Part shown: in pieces, positions 1 through 11,587 of the stretch | Layout: each line of letters opens with the position of its first letter | Position numbering within the stretch: position 1 is the first letter of the stretch | Assembly (NCBI GenBank): GCA_027623675.1 | Contig: JAQBVF010000003.1 | Coordinates: forward strand, 91,846 to 155,845 | Length of the DNA: 64,000 nucleotides | Direction: 5' to 3' | From: Chloroflexota bacterium | GTDB taxonomy: Bacteria > Chloroflexota > Dehalococcoidia > Lucifugimonadales > UBA3495 | Notes under the pieces: model-generated | Database searches by the model: none | The model's input: the letters and a program-made list of their open reading frames with translations, nothing else | What the model was told of the DNA's origin: nothing | Position numbers and translations under genes: made by a program

Positions 1-401
1 TGGGACTTGGCATTTTCCAGCAGGATCTGGTCGAACTGGGGACGCCAGACCTGATACGAATGAGGGTAGCGCCGGCTGGTTTCTTTGAAGTACCAACTCC
101 AGGGCGTGTCGCCGCTGCCCCAGACCATGGTCGCGCCGTACTTGGGCAGGAACCCGGCGCTCTCCACGGCCGGCAGCGCGCCCAGCTCCTCTAACACCGG
201 TATCGAAGCTGGCAGCAGAGATTCGCCGACGTGGTTGCGGGGGAACCTCTCCCGTTCTAGGACAATCACCTGCCAGCCTTTGCGCGCCAGCATGATGGCT
301 GCGGCGCTGCCCGCCGGGCCCCCGCCGATCACGATAACGTCGGCGCTCAGGTCTAGGCCGGAATCGTCTCGGGTTACGTCTGAGGGGTCATTGGTGCTCA
401 T
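1..401 (-). CDS. FAD-dependent oxidoreductase, flavin-dependent halogenase-like (runs off the window; N-terminal part only)
   Basis: Not in the ORF track. Manual minus-strand translation from ATG at 401: MSTNDPSD...DVIVIGGGPAGSAAAIMLARKGWQVIVLERERFPRNHVGESLLP...YQVWRPQFDQILL, containing the GxGxxG FAD motif and the FPRxHxGESLLP halogenase/geranylgeranyl reductase-type motif. Confidence 0.8.
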   Translation of the reverse strand, partial: MSTNDPSDVTRDDSGLDLSADVIVIGGGPAGSAAAIMLARKGWQVIVLERERFPRNHVGESLLPASIPVLEELGALPAVESAGFLPKYGATMVWGSGDTPWSWYFKETSRRYPHSYQVWRPQFDQILLENAKS

Positions 402-535
402 AGCGACATATTATGCGCGGGCGGCTCCCGCTTGGGAATCCCCGTTGGGTGGTGTCCGCTTGGCAGAAACAGATTCCCCCGGCCAAAAGACGATGGCCTG
501 GGGAATCGTTACGCTTTGTCCGGTACGCCGGGCCG

Positions 536-1795
536 TTAATCCCCGGCTGGCGCGGGCGCTTCCTCGAAGGGCTTACCCGTGGCCGGGTTCACCTCGAAGG
601 AGCTGGGCAGTTCCAGATCATTGGCGATCTCGCGGACCGCCGGTATGACCTCTTCGCCCATGAGCCTCAGGCTGCGCATGGCGTCGTCGTGGGTCATGGC
701 GCCATCGCCGTCCCAGAAGAAGACGCTGCCGGGGCGCAGGTACTCAAGGACGTGACGTATCTTGGGAATCACCGTTTTCGGCGTTCCCGTGATGATGGTG
801 TAGTCCTTGATCTGCTGCTCGAAGGGCCGTCCCAACACGCCGCCGGCCCCGCCCCTGGCCGTGGTTGCCACCGCCTGGGTCGGCAGCACCTGGCTGCGGG
901 ACGTAAGACCGGGCAGGCTGGTCAGCGCCGGGTTGTTGGTGCCTTCGTTGCCGGCCAAGAAGGGGTTGCTCGGGCCCTGGATGTATTTGCGGGCGGTCTG
1001 CTCGGCCAACTCCTCGGTCTCGTCCACGTGGACCTTCCAGAGGTAGCCCAGGTTCTGGGGGCCGGACTCGTAGCCCTGTTCGGCGGCGGCCTCATGGTAA
1101 AGGTCGAAGGCCTGTTTGGTCGGATCCATCTCGGTGGAGAGCATGATGTAGGGGATGCGCTGTTCCGCGGCCCACATCAGCGAATTTCGGCTGACCACGC
1201 CGGGCAGCCAGATCTGAGGGTGGGGCTGCTGGTAGGGACGCACCCAAGGGTTCACGTGCCGGAATTGATAATGCTTGCCCTCCCAACGGAAGGGTCCGGG
1301 AGTGGTCCAAGCCTTCACGATGAACTCGTGGGCCTCTTTGAACCGTTCCCAGTTGTAGGCGGGGGGCGCGTTGTGGGCCACGCTTTCGCGGCCGGTGCCA
1401 CGGACCCATCCCGAGACCAGGCGTCCTTTGGATATGAGGTCAATCATGGAAAGCTGTTCGACCAGCCAAAGGGGGTCGTCCCAGATGGGCAGGATGTTGC
1501 CCAAAAGAACGATCTTGGCCCGGTTGGTGATGCGGGCCAAGATGGACGCCTCAACATTCATCGCGCCGCCCATGCAGAACGGCGTGCTGTGGTGCTCGTT
1601 CAGCATCAGGCCGTCGAAGCCCATCTCCTCGGCGTAGACCTTCTCATCGAGGTAGCGGTTGTACAGGCTGGCGCCCAGCTCGGGGTCGTAGGCGGAGTTG
1701 CTAACGCCCAGGTCCTTTATGGGCGTGCCGGTGGCTCCGAAGAACCCCGACTTCTGGTCCTGGTACGGCCTCTCGGTGAAGTATCCGATGAACAT
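536..1795 (-). CDS. LLM class (luciferase-like) flavin-dependent monooxygenase
   Basis: AEEMGFDGLMLNEHH, MIDLISKGRLVSGWVRG and PYQQPHPQIW motifs. Confidence 0.92.
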   Translation of the reverse strand: MFIGYFTERPYQDQKSGFFGATGTPIKDLGVSNSAYDPELGASLYNRYLDEKVYAEEMGFDGLMLNEHHSTPFCMGGAMNVEASILARITNRAKIVLLGNILPIWDDPLWLVEQLSMIDLISKGRLVSGWVRGTGRESVAHNAPPAYNWERFKEAHEFIVKAWTTPGPFRWEGKHYQFRHVNPWVRPYQQPHPQIWLPGVVSRNSLMWAAEQRIPYIMLSTEMDPTKQAFDLYHEAAAEQGYESGPQNLGYLWKVHVDETEELAEQTARKYIQGPSNPFLAGNEGTNNPALTSLPGLTSRSQVLPTQAVATTARGGAGGVLGRPFEQQIKDYTIITGTPKTVIPKIRHVLEYLRPGSVFFWDGDGAMTHDDAMRSLRLMGEEVIPAVREIANDLELPSSFEVNPATGKPFEEAPAPAGD

Positions 1796-2117
1796 GGCTC
1801 AATTCCTTCCGGTCCGGATGCCAAGATTGGGTCAGGCTGGCTAAAACCATCACGCTCGTGCTGACGTGTGCCGCATTATAGCATCGGTCTCGGCCCGTTG
1901 TGCCGAGTTAGCCGCGGTTCTGGCAGTGGCGTTTGCCTGCGGTGGGGTCGGCTATACCTAAAACCCAAAGCGCGGCGGGCAGCGCCAAGCCGACGGGGTC
2001 GGTTCGAGATCTTCACCCCTTAGATCTGGCGGGCCAACTAGGCATCACCCCCCTGGGTCCACCATGGCCGCGTGGCGAGACCCGTGCAAAACAAGGGTAG
2101 CCTACGTCGAAATCCGC

Positions 2118-2146
2118 TTGAAACGCCCAGACCTATATGATAAGCT
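2118..2146 (+). promoter_or_regulatory. Putative sigma70 promoter of hppA
   Basis: TTGAAA-17 bp-TAAGCT with a TG extension, about 90 bp upstream of the ATG. Confidence 0.45.
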
Positions 2147-2233
2147 TCGCACGCCTAAAATCAGGCCGTTCGCACTCGTGTAGTAATGCTAACCGGTACC
2201 CTTCGAGCCTGTAACTTTTAAGAGAGACTCTTC

Positions 2234-4255
<2,022 letters not shown>

Positions 4256-4272
4256 GCCGTACCGCAAAAAAC

Positions 4273-4310
4273 CAAAAAGGGCGTCCCGGTTGACCGGGGC
4301 GCCCTTTTTA
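4273..4310. terminator. Bidirectional intrinsic terminator
   Basis: AAAAAGGGCGTCCCGGT-TG-ACCGGGGCGCCCTTTTT hairpin with A and T tails, between convergent genes. Confidence 0.85.
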
Positions 4311-4372
4311 ATTTGCCGGGATTGCATACGGGTGGTTGGTGCCTATCCCCGGCGGCTATTCCCTATGCTGGT

Positions 4373-4942
4373 CTAATCGGAGGCTTCGAGGTCCACTATG
4401 CGGGCGGTGGCGTCTTCTCCGTCGACTTCCAGGATGCCGATCGTGCCCAAGACGCCCCGCTTGTGCCGGCGTCCAGGGTAGGTCGGGCTGCCGGGGTTCA
4501 TGATTAAGACGCCGTCCCAGTTGGTGATCAGTTCCTCGTGTGTGTCGCCGAAAAGCACCACGTCCACCGGCTCTTTGAACTTGCGGGCCAGGATCTCGCG
4601 TCCGTTGCCTTCGGGCAGCACCAGGCTGGCGCCGTCGGGGCTGGTGGGGATCTTTGGTCCAGGCCACTGGATGTCGTGAATCATGCCGATGGACACCCCC
4701 TCAGCCTTTACCACGCGGGTGGTCATGGCCAGCCGGTCTCCGTCTTCCAGCGGGTCTTCATACCCCCGGACCGCCAGCAATGGGGCCACTTCTTCCAGGT
4801 AGTCCAAGACGCCCAAGCACTCCAGGTCGCCGCAGTGGAGAATCAGTTCCACGCCGCGCAGGGCGTCCCGAATCTTTTCCGGCAGGTCTCTCCCGCTGCC
4901 CGCCGAATGTGTGTCTGAAATCACGCCGATCTTTACTGTCAC
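4373..4942 (-). CDS. Metallophosphoesterase, YfcE/MJ0936 family
   Basis: ISDTH, HCGD, VRG, FGDTH and NPGS calcineurin-like motifs. Confidence 0.9.
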   Translation of the reverse strand: MTVKIGVISDTHSAGSGRDLPEKIRDALRGVELILHCGDLECLGVLDYLEEVAPLLAVRGYEDPLEDGDRLAMTTRVVKAEGVSIGMIHDIQWPGPKIPTSPDGASLVLPEGNGREILARKFKEPVDVVLFGDTHEELITNWDGVLIMNPGSPTYPGRRHKRGVLGTIGILEVDGEDATARIVDLEASD

Positions 4943-5004
4943 AGGCTCACCGGTATCGTGGTAAATTTTTCGCTGCTATGTCGCACCAGGCATGGCCCGG
5001 AACG

Positions 5005-6024
5005 TCATATGGCTGCCGGCTGTGGCGCCAGAGCCGCGATGGTGCGGCGAATGGCCTCCAGGCTGGCGCCGTGGGGGAAAGTGGCGATTGGCATGTCGGC
5101 CCCCGCCTGCCGGAATCTTGCCAGTTGGCTGCGGCACTGGTCCGGACCGCCCAGGACTGCCACGCTCTCCAGCATCCGCTCCGACACCGAGGCGGCGGCG
5201 CGTTCCCGGTCTCCCGAACCCCAAGCTTCCCGCACGGCCTGGGCCTCGGCGGCGAATCCGGCGCGGCTGAAACTCTCGAAGTAGAACGTCCCCATCCCGC
5301 CGATATAGTACGCCATATGGGCCCGCAGCAGTTGCTCGCCGTGGGCCAGGTCTTGCGCGTTGTCGGCGGCGTAGCACATCAGATAGGGCGCGGCAGTCAC
5401 GTCGGCGATGCTTCGGCCAGCCTTGCTGGCGGCGGTGGCGATCTGCTCTTTCAGGTCCGGCAGGCGTTCACGGTTGGCCCAGATGGGCAGCCAGCCGTCG
5501 GCCATCTCGCCGGTCAGGGCCAGGTTCTTGGGCCCCAAGCTGGCGATGTAGATGGGGATGCGCTCTTGCACCGGCGGGGAAATCATGCGGAACCGTGCCA
5601 TCTGGTAGAACCGGCCTTGGTGATCGACGGTCCCGCCGGCCAGGGCCTTGCGCAGAATCTCGATGTACTCGCGGGTCCGGGCCAAGGGGGCGTCGAACGG
5701 CACGCCATGCCAGCCTTCAATCACCACCTTGCCGCTGCTGCCCAGGCCCAAGATAGCCCGGCCCTTGGACAGGATATCCAGCGATGCGACGGTCTGCGCG
5801 ATGAGCGCCGGGGTCCTGCTGAACACCGTGACGATGCCCGTGCCCAGGCGCAGGTTCTCGGTATGGCAGGCCACCATGGTCAGCACCGTAAAGGCGTCCC
5901 GGCCCCAGGACTCGCCGGTCCAGAACGAGTGATAACCCAGCATGTCGGCCTGTTGGGCGATGGCGATCACGTCTTCGTCGCCGGTTTCCCGGCTGGCGTT
6001 CAGGAATAACCCGATATCGTTCAT
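5005..6024 (-). CDS. LLM class oxidoreductase (probably F420-dependent)
   Basis: ESWGRDAF, LGTGIV, SRTPALIAQT, GRAILGLG and GPKNLALTGEMADGW motifs. Confidence 0.88.
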   Translation of the reverse strand: MNDIGLFLNASRETGDEDVIAIAQQADMLGYHSFWTGESWGRDAFTVLTMVACHTENLRLGTGIVTVFSRTPALIAQTVASLDILSKGRAILGLGSSGKVVIEGWHGVPFDAPLARTREYIEILRKALAGGTVDHQGRFYQMARFRMISPPVQERIPIYIASLGPKNLALTGEMADGWLPIWANRERLPDLKEQIATAASKAGRSIADVTAAPYLMCYAADNAQDLAHGEQLLRAHMAYYIGGMGTFYFESFSRAGFAAEAQAVREAWGSGDRERAAASVSERMLESVAVLGGPDQCRSQLARFRQAGADMPIATFPHGASLEAIRRTIAALAPQPAAI

Positions 6025-6153
6025 CGAAGGGTCCTATCGCAACGTTCGCGTTGGGTGGATGGCGGGAGGTCTCAGCGATTATAGGGGAGGGAGTTGGGTG
6101 CGCGCCAGAAACCGGGGACGGTCTGGACAGGCGGCGGCTGACAACGAAAAAGG

Positions 6154-6729
6154 CTAGTTGCGGCTTTCCCAGAGGGTGAAGTAATCGGGCGAATCGCCCT
6201 TGAACGCTTCCGTGACCTGCTGTTCGCTCAACTTCTGCATGATGGTCATCTCCCGTTCCACCAGGTCGGAGATGGTGCCCTCCCACCGGTCTGACTCGGC
6301 GCCTTTGACGCTGGAGTGAATCAGGTCCCTCAGACCGTCCAATATCCTGCCGGTGTGGGTGGCAAGGGCGCCGCCGCTGACCACGTAGACCACCACCGAG
6401 GGGATCTCGTCTTCGTCGTCCACCTGCACCCCCAGCCGGTCCAGGATGAACGTCATGGCGATATCACGGACCGTCTCTTCGACGACGACCGGCAGGTTGA
6501 TGAAGTGGGAGAAGGGGGACTCGTTGGATGAACGCAGCGACTCTGAGAACTCGGCCTCCACCGTGCGGTAGAACTCGTCGTCGAAGACATCTTCGGTCTT
6601 GAGGAGCAGGACCTGGGAGCTGTCTTCCCGGGCGTCAATCACGAGGAATTCGGTTAGATGAGGAAAGATGCAGAGTTGAATATCCGGACGCCCGCCGCCG
6701 GGTAATTGTGGGTTGAACAGTTGTTCCAT
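6154..6729 (-). CDS. Hypothetical acidic protein
   Basis: 191-aa ORF with protein-like composition filling the gap downstream of otsA; family not recognised. Confidence 0.75.
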   Translation of the reverse strand: MEQLFNPQLPGGGRPDIQLCIFPHLTEFLVIDAREDSSQVLLLKTEDVFDDEFYRTVEAEFSESLRSSNESPFSHFINLPVVVEETVRDIAMTFILDRLGVQVDDEDEIPSVVVYVVSGGALATHTGRILDGLRDLIHSSVKGAESDRWEGTISDLVEREMTIMQKLSEQQVTEAFKGDSPDYFTLWESRN

Positions 6730-6917
6730 GTATCCCGTTTGTTCTGCTTCCTTCAGGCTTGGCCCACGCTAGAGACATGTGGCCCAAGACACGAGGAACC
6801 TTGGGTGGGGCATCGGTGGGCGCCTTGCCAACACTTTAAACCCGGAAAATGTAATTTGCCAGCCTTTGCGCCTGGCGGGTCCCTGGGGGCGGAGAACCCA
6901 AATCAAACGCGATCAAC

Positions 6918-8417
6918 CTAAAGAAGGTCTGAGATGTCCTTCAATTGCTGGTAGAGCCAGTGATTGATGTCCTCCCGGTGTACAGAATCGGACATCCGGG
7001 TGGCCCGGTCTTTCCGGTCCTCTGGGGACATCGTTATCGCTTGGTGCAGCGCGTTCATGGTGCCTTCGACGTCGGTGGGTGACACGCTTAGCGCGCCGTC
7101 GGCCAGTTGGCGGTGCACCCCGCTGCTGTGTGAGAGCACCAGCACGCCGTCGCGGCCGTTGACCACCGGCCCTTCCTTGGCGACTAGGTTCATGCCCTCG
7201 ACCAAGGTGTTCACCAACAGGGCATCGTACAGCTTCATTCCCGCGATCGCCTGAGTGTAGTTGTTCTCGATGAATGGTAATATCGGCTGCCAATCATCGT
7301 TCCCGTGGTTGTTGTTGATCTGCTGGATCACCTGCTGAATCTCGTCCATGTACCGCTGGTACTGGCGGATGTGGGTCCGGGACGGCACGAGGAAGGCCAG
7401 GAATTTAACCCTGCCCTTGAGCTCGGGGTAGCGGTTGAGCAACAGCTCGTAGGCGCGGAACCCCCGGACGATGTTCTTGTTGGGCTCGGCCCGGTCGATC
7501 CGCACGATGGTTATCTCGCCGGTGTCGGCGGCAAGCTTGGACTCGTAGTCCAGGGCGCGGGGCGAGTTGGCGATGCGCTGCACCTCCTCCACGTTGATGG
7601 AGATGGGGTAGACCTTAACCGAGGTTGCATGGCCGTTGCGCATGACCGTGTTATTGGTTCGGTCGACGCTCACATCTGGGACGAATTCTTCAACGGTGTC
7701 AAGGAAGCAACGAACGTCGCCGATGGTCTGGAAGCCCAGCAGGTCGGTGGCACACAGCGATTCGCAGATGCGGCGGATGATGTACTCGGGAATCATGTGC
7801 CAGTACAGGGGCGTGGGCCAGGGTATGTGTATGAAGTGCTGAATGACAGCGTTGGGAACTCCCTGCCGCACGAACTCGGGCATCAGGTACAGGTGGTAAT
7901 CGTGGCCGATGACGATGGGCGCCTGTTCCGTGGAACGGGCTTCTTCGATCACGGCGTTGGCGAAGGCCTGGTTAACCGGAATGTAGCCCGTTTCCCAGGC
8001 GTCGTGTACGGCGGCGTCGACGTTGGGGTTGTACGGCGGGTTCCACATGTAGTGCTGCAGGAACCAGAGAAGCGGGTTGCAGAGGACGTTGTAGTACTTG
8101 TGGTACACGCGCCTGGGAGTGACCACGTAGCGCAGGTTAATCTTGTGGTTGGGCAGGGGGGACCGTAGGTGGGGACCTTGGCCGTTCTGGGAGACCACCC
8201 GGTCGCCCTCCCCCATGGCGCTGGCCACCCAGGTGAACTCGTGGTTCTGCATCATCGAGCTAAAAGCGGTGACCACACTGCCGCTGCCCCGGCGGGCTTC
8301 CGGGCGGCCTTCGGCGGACATCTGGTGTTCAACCGGGCCGCGGTTACTTACCAAAATGAGAGGGCGCTGCGAAAAAACGGCGTTGCAAAGCTCGTTCAGT
8401 TCTGCGGCGTCAGCCAT
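6918..8417 (-). CDS. otsA: Alpha,alpha-trehalose-phosphate synthase (GT20)
   Basis: VSNRGP, HDYHLYLMP, FIHIPWP, LLGFQT, PSRT and EGMNLVAKE motifs. Confidence 0.9.
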   Translation of the reverse strand: MADAAELNELCNAVFSQRPLILVSNRGPVEHQMSAEGRPEARRGSGSVVTAFSSMMQNHEFTWVASAMGEGDRVVSQNGQGPHLRSPLPNHKINLRYVVTPRRVYHKYYNVLCNPLLWFLQHYMWNPPYNPNVDAAVHDAWETGYIPVNQAFANAVIEEARSTEQAPIVIGHDYHLYLMPEFVRQGVPNAVIQHFIHIPWPTPLYWHMIPEYIIRRICESLCATDLLGFQTIGDVRCFLDTVEEFVPDVSVDRTNNTVMRNGHATSVKVYPISINVEEVQRIANSPRALDYESKLAADTGEITIVRIDRAEPNKNIVRGFRAYELLLNRYPELKGRVKFLAFLVPSRTHIRQYQRYMDEIQQVIQQINNNHGNDDWQPILPFIENNYTQAIAGMKLYDALLVNTLVEGMNLVAKEGPVVNGRDGVLVLSHSSGVHRQLADGALSVSPTDVEGTMNALHQAITMSPEDRKDRATRMSDSVHREDINHWLYQQLKDISDLL

Positions 8418-8508
8418 GCTGCGTGCCTGTCAGGATCCTTTTTAGCATCCCGTCACCCAAGTCAGAGACGATTCCAGCCGAGACTGGTTTGTTCTGAATA
8501 ATCGAAGT

Positions 8509-8550
8509 ATTTAATCAAATCCTACGGTTGTGAACGGATTTTGATTAAAT
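8509..8550. promoter_or_regulatory. AT-rich inverted repeat upstream of otsA
   Basis: ATTTAATCAAATCC-N13-GGATTTTGATTAAAT, near-perfect arms. Confidence 0.5.
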
Positions 8551-8671
8551 GAATATAATGATTTCGCCTACCATGTATCGGTTTCGGCAACATCATCGTT
8601 CGGTGGATTCCCAGTTGTCAAGACAGATTGCCGGGCCTGGTTCCACGTCTTCGGGGCATGCCCAGCCTGGC

Positions 8672-9448
8672 TTACGCCGTCCGTCCCGCCAGCTTGGCGA
8701 TGGCCGGTAAGACCTCTGCCAGCTTGGACACGGTGATATCGGGTTCGGATTCGGGGTCGTTGGGGTCTTTACGTTCGTCGAACCCGCTGATCCAGACCGT
8801 TTTCATCCCGCAACGCTTGGCGCCCACCACGTCATTCATCACGTGGTCGCCCACATGTATCGTCTGCTCCGGCGTTGCCTCCATCTGGCGGAGGGTCATC
8901 AGGAAAATCGCGGCGGCGGGCTTGGCCAGCTTTACCTCGTCGGAAAAGATCAGGGTGTGAAAGTATTTCAGCATGCCCCGTTCTTCCAAGTAAGCGCGGA
9001 AGGTGAACCCGGGGGTCATACCGGTATTGGAGATCAGCCCGATCCTTAATCCTAAGTCCGTGACTCCTTGCAGGACCCGAACCGCGTCCTCGTGGGCCGG
9101 GGGCGGATGGACCAAGAACGAGTCTGAGTAATGCCGGGCAATCTCATTCATGTATCTAGAGTCATTCCGTTCCAGGCGGTCAACCAGCCCGGGACTGATG
9201 TGGTTGACGAAGATGGACACCTGCTCTCGGAAATCGACGTCCAAGCCCTTTTCACGCAGCTCGCGGCATTGCTGGAAGCAGGACATGTAGGCCCCGTTGA
9301 TCGCCTCCAGGTCGTAGCTCTCGCCGAAATCCTCGATCTCGGTCCGGGCAGCCTCAAGCCGGACCAGAGCGCGCGCCTGCCCCAGGTCCCGCTCGTCTAA
9401 CAACAGGGTCTGCCAAAGGTCAAAGGTTACGGTGGTGATCTCGGCCAA
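8672..9448 (-). CDS. HAD-superfamily hydrolase (class IA-like)
   Basis: FDLWQTL motif I, ISNT, AKP and HVGD...DVVGA; start trimmed to the TTG at 9448. Confidence 0.85.
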   Translation of the reverse strand: MAEITTVTFDLWQTLLLDERDLGQARALVRLEAARTEIEDFGESYDLEAINGAYMSCFQQCRELREKGLDVDFREQVSIFVNHISPGLVDRLERNDSRYMNEIARHYSDSFLVHPPPAHEDAVRVLQGVTDLGLRIGLISNTGMTPGFTFRAYLEERGMLKYFHTLIFSDEVKLAKPAAAIFLMTLRQMEATPEQTIHVGDHVMNDVVGAKRCGMKTVWISGFDERKDPNDPESEPDITVSKLAEVLPAIAKLAGRTA

Positions 9449-9694
9449 TGCTTCTTGAACTCCGCTCTGTTCGGCCCTTAGACCGCGATCTAAAAAGCCC
9501 AAACTCAATTCTACACGATACGAGGTGCTTTGACCGTGTCCGGACCGTATGGTACCGGGAATGACGAATAAGCCAAACTCGGCAACGATGACACCCGGCA
9601 AAAATGTTATGCATCTGCGCCCATAAACGGAGATGCAGGGTAACTCGATCAAAGTCTAGCAGTCATCTCCGCGTTGCCCCCGGCGGCGAGCCGG

Positions 9695-11107
9695 CTAGAG
9701 GGGCGGGCGGCGGGTGTGCCAGTCGGTTGCCTGCTCGTAGGCGTGGGCGGCGCGCAGCACGGTCAACTCGTCGAACGGCTTGCCGGCCAGTTGCAGCCCA
9801 ATGGGCATCCCCTCGGTCGAGAAGCCGCAGGGCACGGAGATGGCGGGGAAACCATTGATGTTGTAGGGACGGGTGTACTGGGTCAGCGCGCCCACCACGC
9901 CCACCTCCTGCTCTCCGGCCATCACCCGGGAGGCCAGGATCTCGGGGGCGGTCACCGGCTCGGTGGGTCCGGCCAGCAGGTCAACGTCATCCAGCAGCCG
10001 CCGTCCTTCCTGGTCCAAGAGAGCGCGGGCCTGCTGCGCCCGCAGATAATCCGCGGCGCTGATGAACAACCCAGCCTCTAACCGTTGCCGCACCGGCTCA
10101 TATAGCTGGTGGCCGTCCTTCTCCAGCAGGTCGCGGTGGTAGGCCGTAGCCTCGGCCATCAACACGGTGCTGGAGATAGCCTGAGACTGGTTGAACATGG
10201 GGAATGAGACCTCTTTGACCACCGCCCCCATGCTCTCCAGCAGGCTGACCGCGTCCTCCACGGCTTTTCTCACCTCGGCGTCCAGAGGGGCATCGAAGTA
10301 TTCTTTGACCATGCCGATGCGGAGGCCGCGCACGTCGCCCGTAAGGGCGGAAGTGTAATCGGGGATAGCAACGTTGGCTGAGGCCACATCCTTGGGGTCG
10401 TAGCCGGCGATGGCGTTCATGGTGATGGCTGTGTCTTCCACCGTGCGCGTCATGGGGCCGGGGTGGTCCAGCGACCAGGACAACGGCGTCAACCCGTGGC
10501 GGCTGACCAGTCCGTAGGTGGGTTTCAGGCCCACGATGCCGCAGAGCGCGGCGGGGATGCGGATGGACCCGCCGGTGTCGCTGCCGGTGGTGATCGTGCA
10601 TTGTCCGGCAGCGTTGGCCGAGCCGGAGCCGCCGCTGGAGCCGCCGGTGACCCTATCGGGGTTCCAGGGGTTGTGCATATGGCCGTAGTCAGGGTTCTCG
10701 CCCGTCGGCCCATAGGCGAACTGGTGCATGTTTAACTTGCCGAGCAGGATCGCCCCGGCCCTCCGAAACCTGGCGGCCACGGTACAGTCTTCGGTCGGGA
10801 CGAAGGTGTCGAAAATCTTGGAGCCGGAGGTTGTGCGCACCCCGCCGGTGTTGTACAGGTCTTTCAGGCCGACGGGGATGCCATGCAGCGGGCCTCGGTA
10901 CCGGCCTGCCTGAATGTCCCTCTCGGCCTGGCGGGCGGCGGTGCGGGACTCGTCGGCCAGGAGGGTGATGAACGAGTTCAACACCGGCTCGGTCTCTTCG
11001 ATTCGGGCCAGATGGGCGTCGATTATCTCAACCGGCGAGACCTCTTTCTTCTGGACCAGCTTGGCGAGGTCCGCGGCGCTCATGTAGCAGATTTCCAGTT
11101 TGTCCAT
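9695..11107 (-). CDS. Amidase signature family enzyme (GatA/AtzE-like)
   Basis: GPLHGIPVGLKD, GGSSGGS and GSDTGGSIRIPA (Lys-cisSer-Ser triad); start taken as MDKLEIC after a GGAGG RBS. Confidence 0.92.
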   Translation of the reverse strand: MDKLEICYMSAADLAKLVQKKEVSPVEIIDAHLARIEETEPVLNSFITLLADESRTAARQAERDIQAGRYRGPLHGIPVGLKDLYNTGGVRTTSGSKIFDTFVPTEDCTVAARFRRAGAILLGKLNMHQFAYGPTGENPDYGHMHNPWNPDRVTGGSSGGSGSANAAGQCTITTGSDTGGSIRIPAALCGIVGLKPTYGLVSRHGLTPLSWSLDHPGPMTRTVEDTAITMNAIAGYDPKDVASANVAIPDYTSALTGDVRGLRIGMVKEYFDAPLDAEVRKAVEDAVSLLESMGAVVKEVSFPMFNQSQAISSTVLMAEATAYHRDLLEKDGHQLYEPVRQRLEAGLFISAADYLRAQQARALLDQEGRRLLDDVDLLAGPTEPVTAPEILASRVMAGEQEVGVVGALTQYTRPYNINGFPAISVPCGFSTEGMPIGLQLAGKPFDELTVLRAAHAYEQATDWHTRRPPL

Positions 11108-11211
11108 CAGGACGGCCTCCCTGGATGTTTGGGCATTTTGGGTAACTTTTACGGAAAGATGCCGGGGCCGGCGGACCGCCTGCCGGGCCAATTTTCGGGC
11201 TGAATTCCGGG

Positions 11212-11406
11212 CTAATTAACCTTGGGGATAAACGCCATGTCCGGCTCGGTGTCGGTCACGTCAATCTTGCGAATGACATCGGCGCTGATGAATACCCCGC
11301 GGGTCTGAGAGTAAAGTTCGTCCAGGTAATCCGGTTCGCCGGTGATGCCCAAGCGTTCTGCCTGCTGGTCGAACTCCTCTCTGGTTAGCTGTTTATCCGA
11401 AGCCAT
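11212..11406 (-). CDS. Small protein upstream of the amidase (GatC/AtzG-like partner?)
   Basis: 64 aa, GAGG RBS, C-terminal EPDMAF resembling small amidase partner subunits. Confidence 0.65.
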   Translation of the reverse strand: MASDKQLTREEFDQQAERLGITGEPDYLDELYSQTRGVFISADVIRKIDVTDTEPDMAFIPKVN

Positions 11407-11587
11407 TTGGGCACCTCTTGTGGGCGGGTCTGGGCCGCAGTCATTATGGCCGAGGTTGTCGTGTCTGGCAATCTTGGCGTGATGCGTGGACAGACGCGCC
11501 GGCAGGCAACGGTGAAAGGCGCGAAACAGGGGCTAGGAAATAAGCGTTAGGTTGATATAATTCACCCTGGCGCGTATAGGCTAATGG

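Noticed and set aside
413..1864. Long opposite-strand ORFs (e.g. 413-1864, 4654-6009, 17273-18562, 38182-39459, 48677-49912, 55583-56929)
   Set aside because: Antisense shadows of real genes, expected in GC-rich DNA; no recognisable motifs.
1865..2233. Riboswitch or ncRNA upstream of hppA
   Set aside because: GC-rich pairing potential but no motif I can recognise; an Rfam/Infernal search would be needed.
9695..11107. gatA
   Set aside because: No gatB nearby, and the sequence resembles general amidases.
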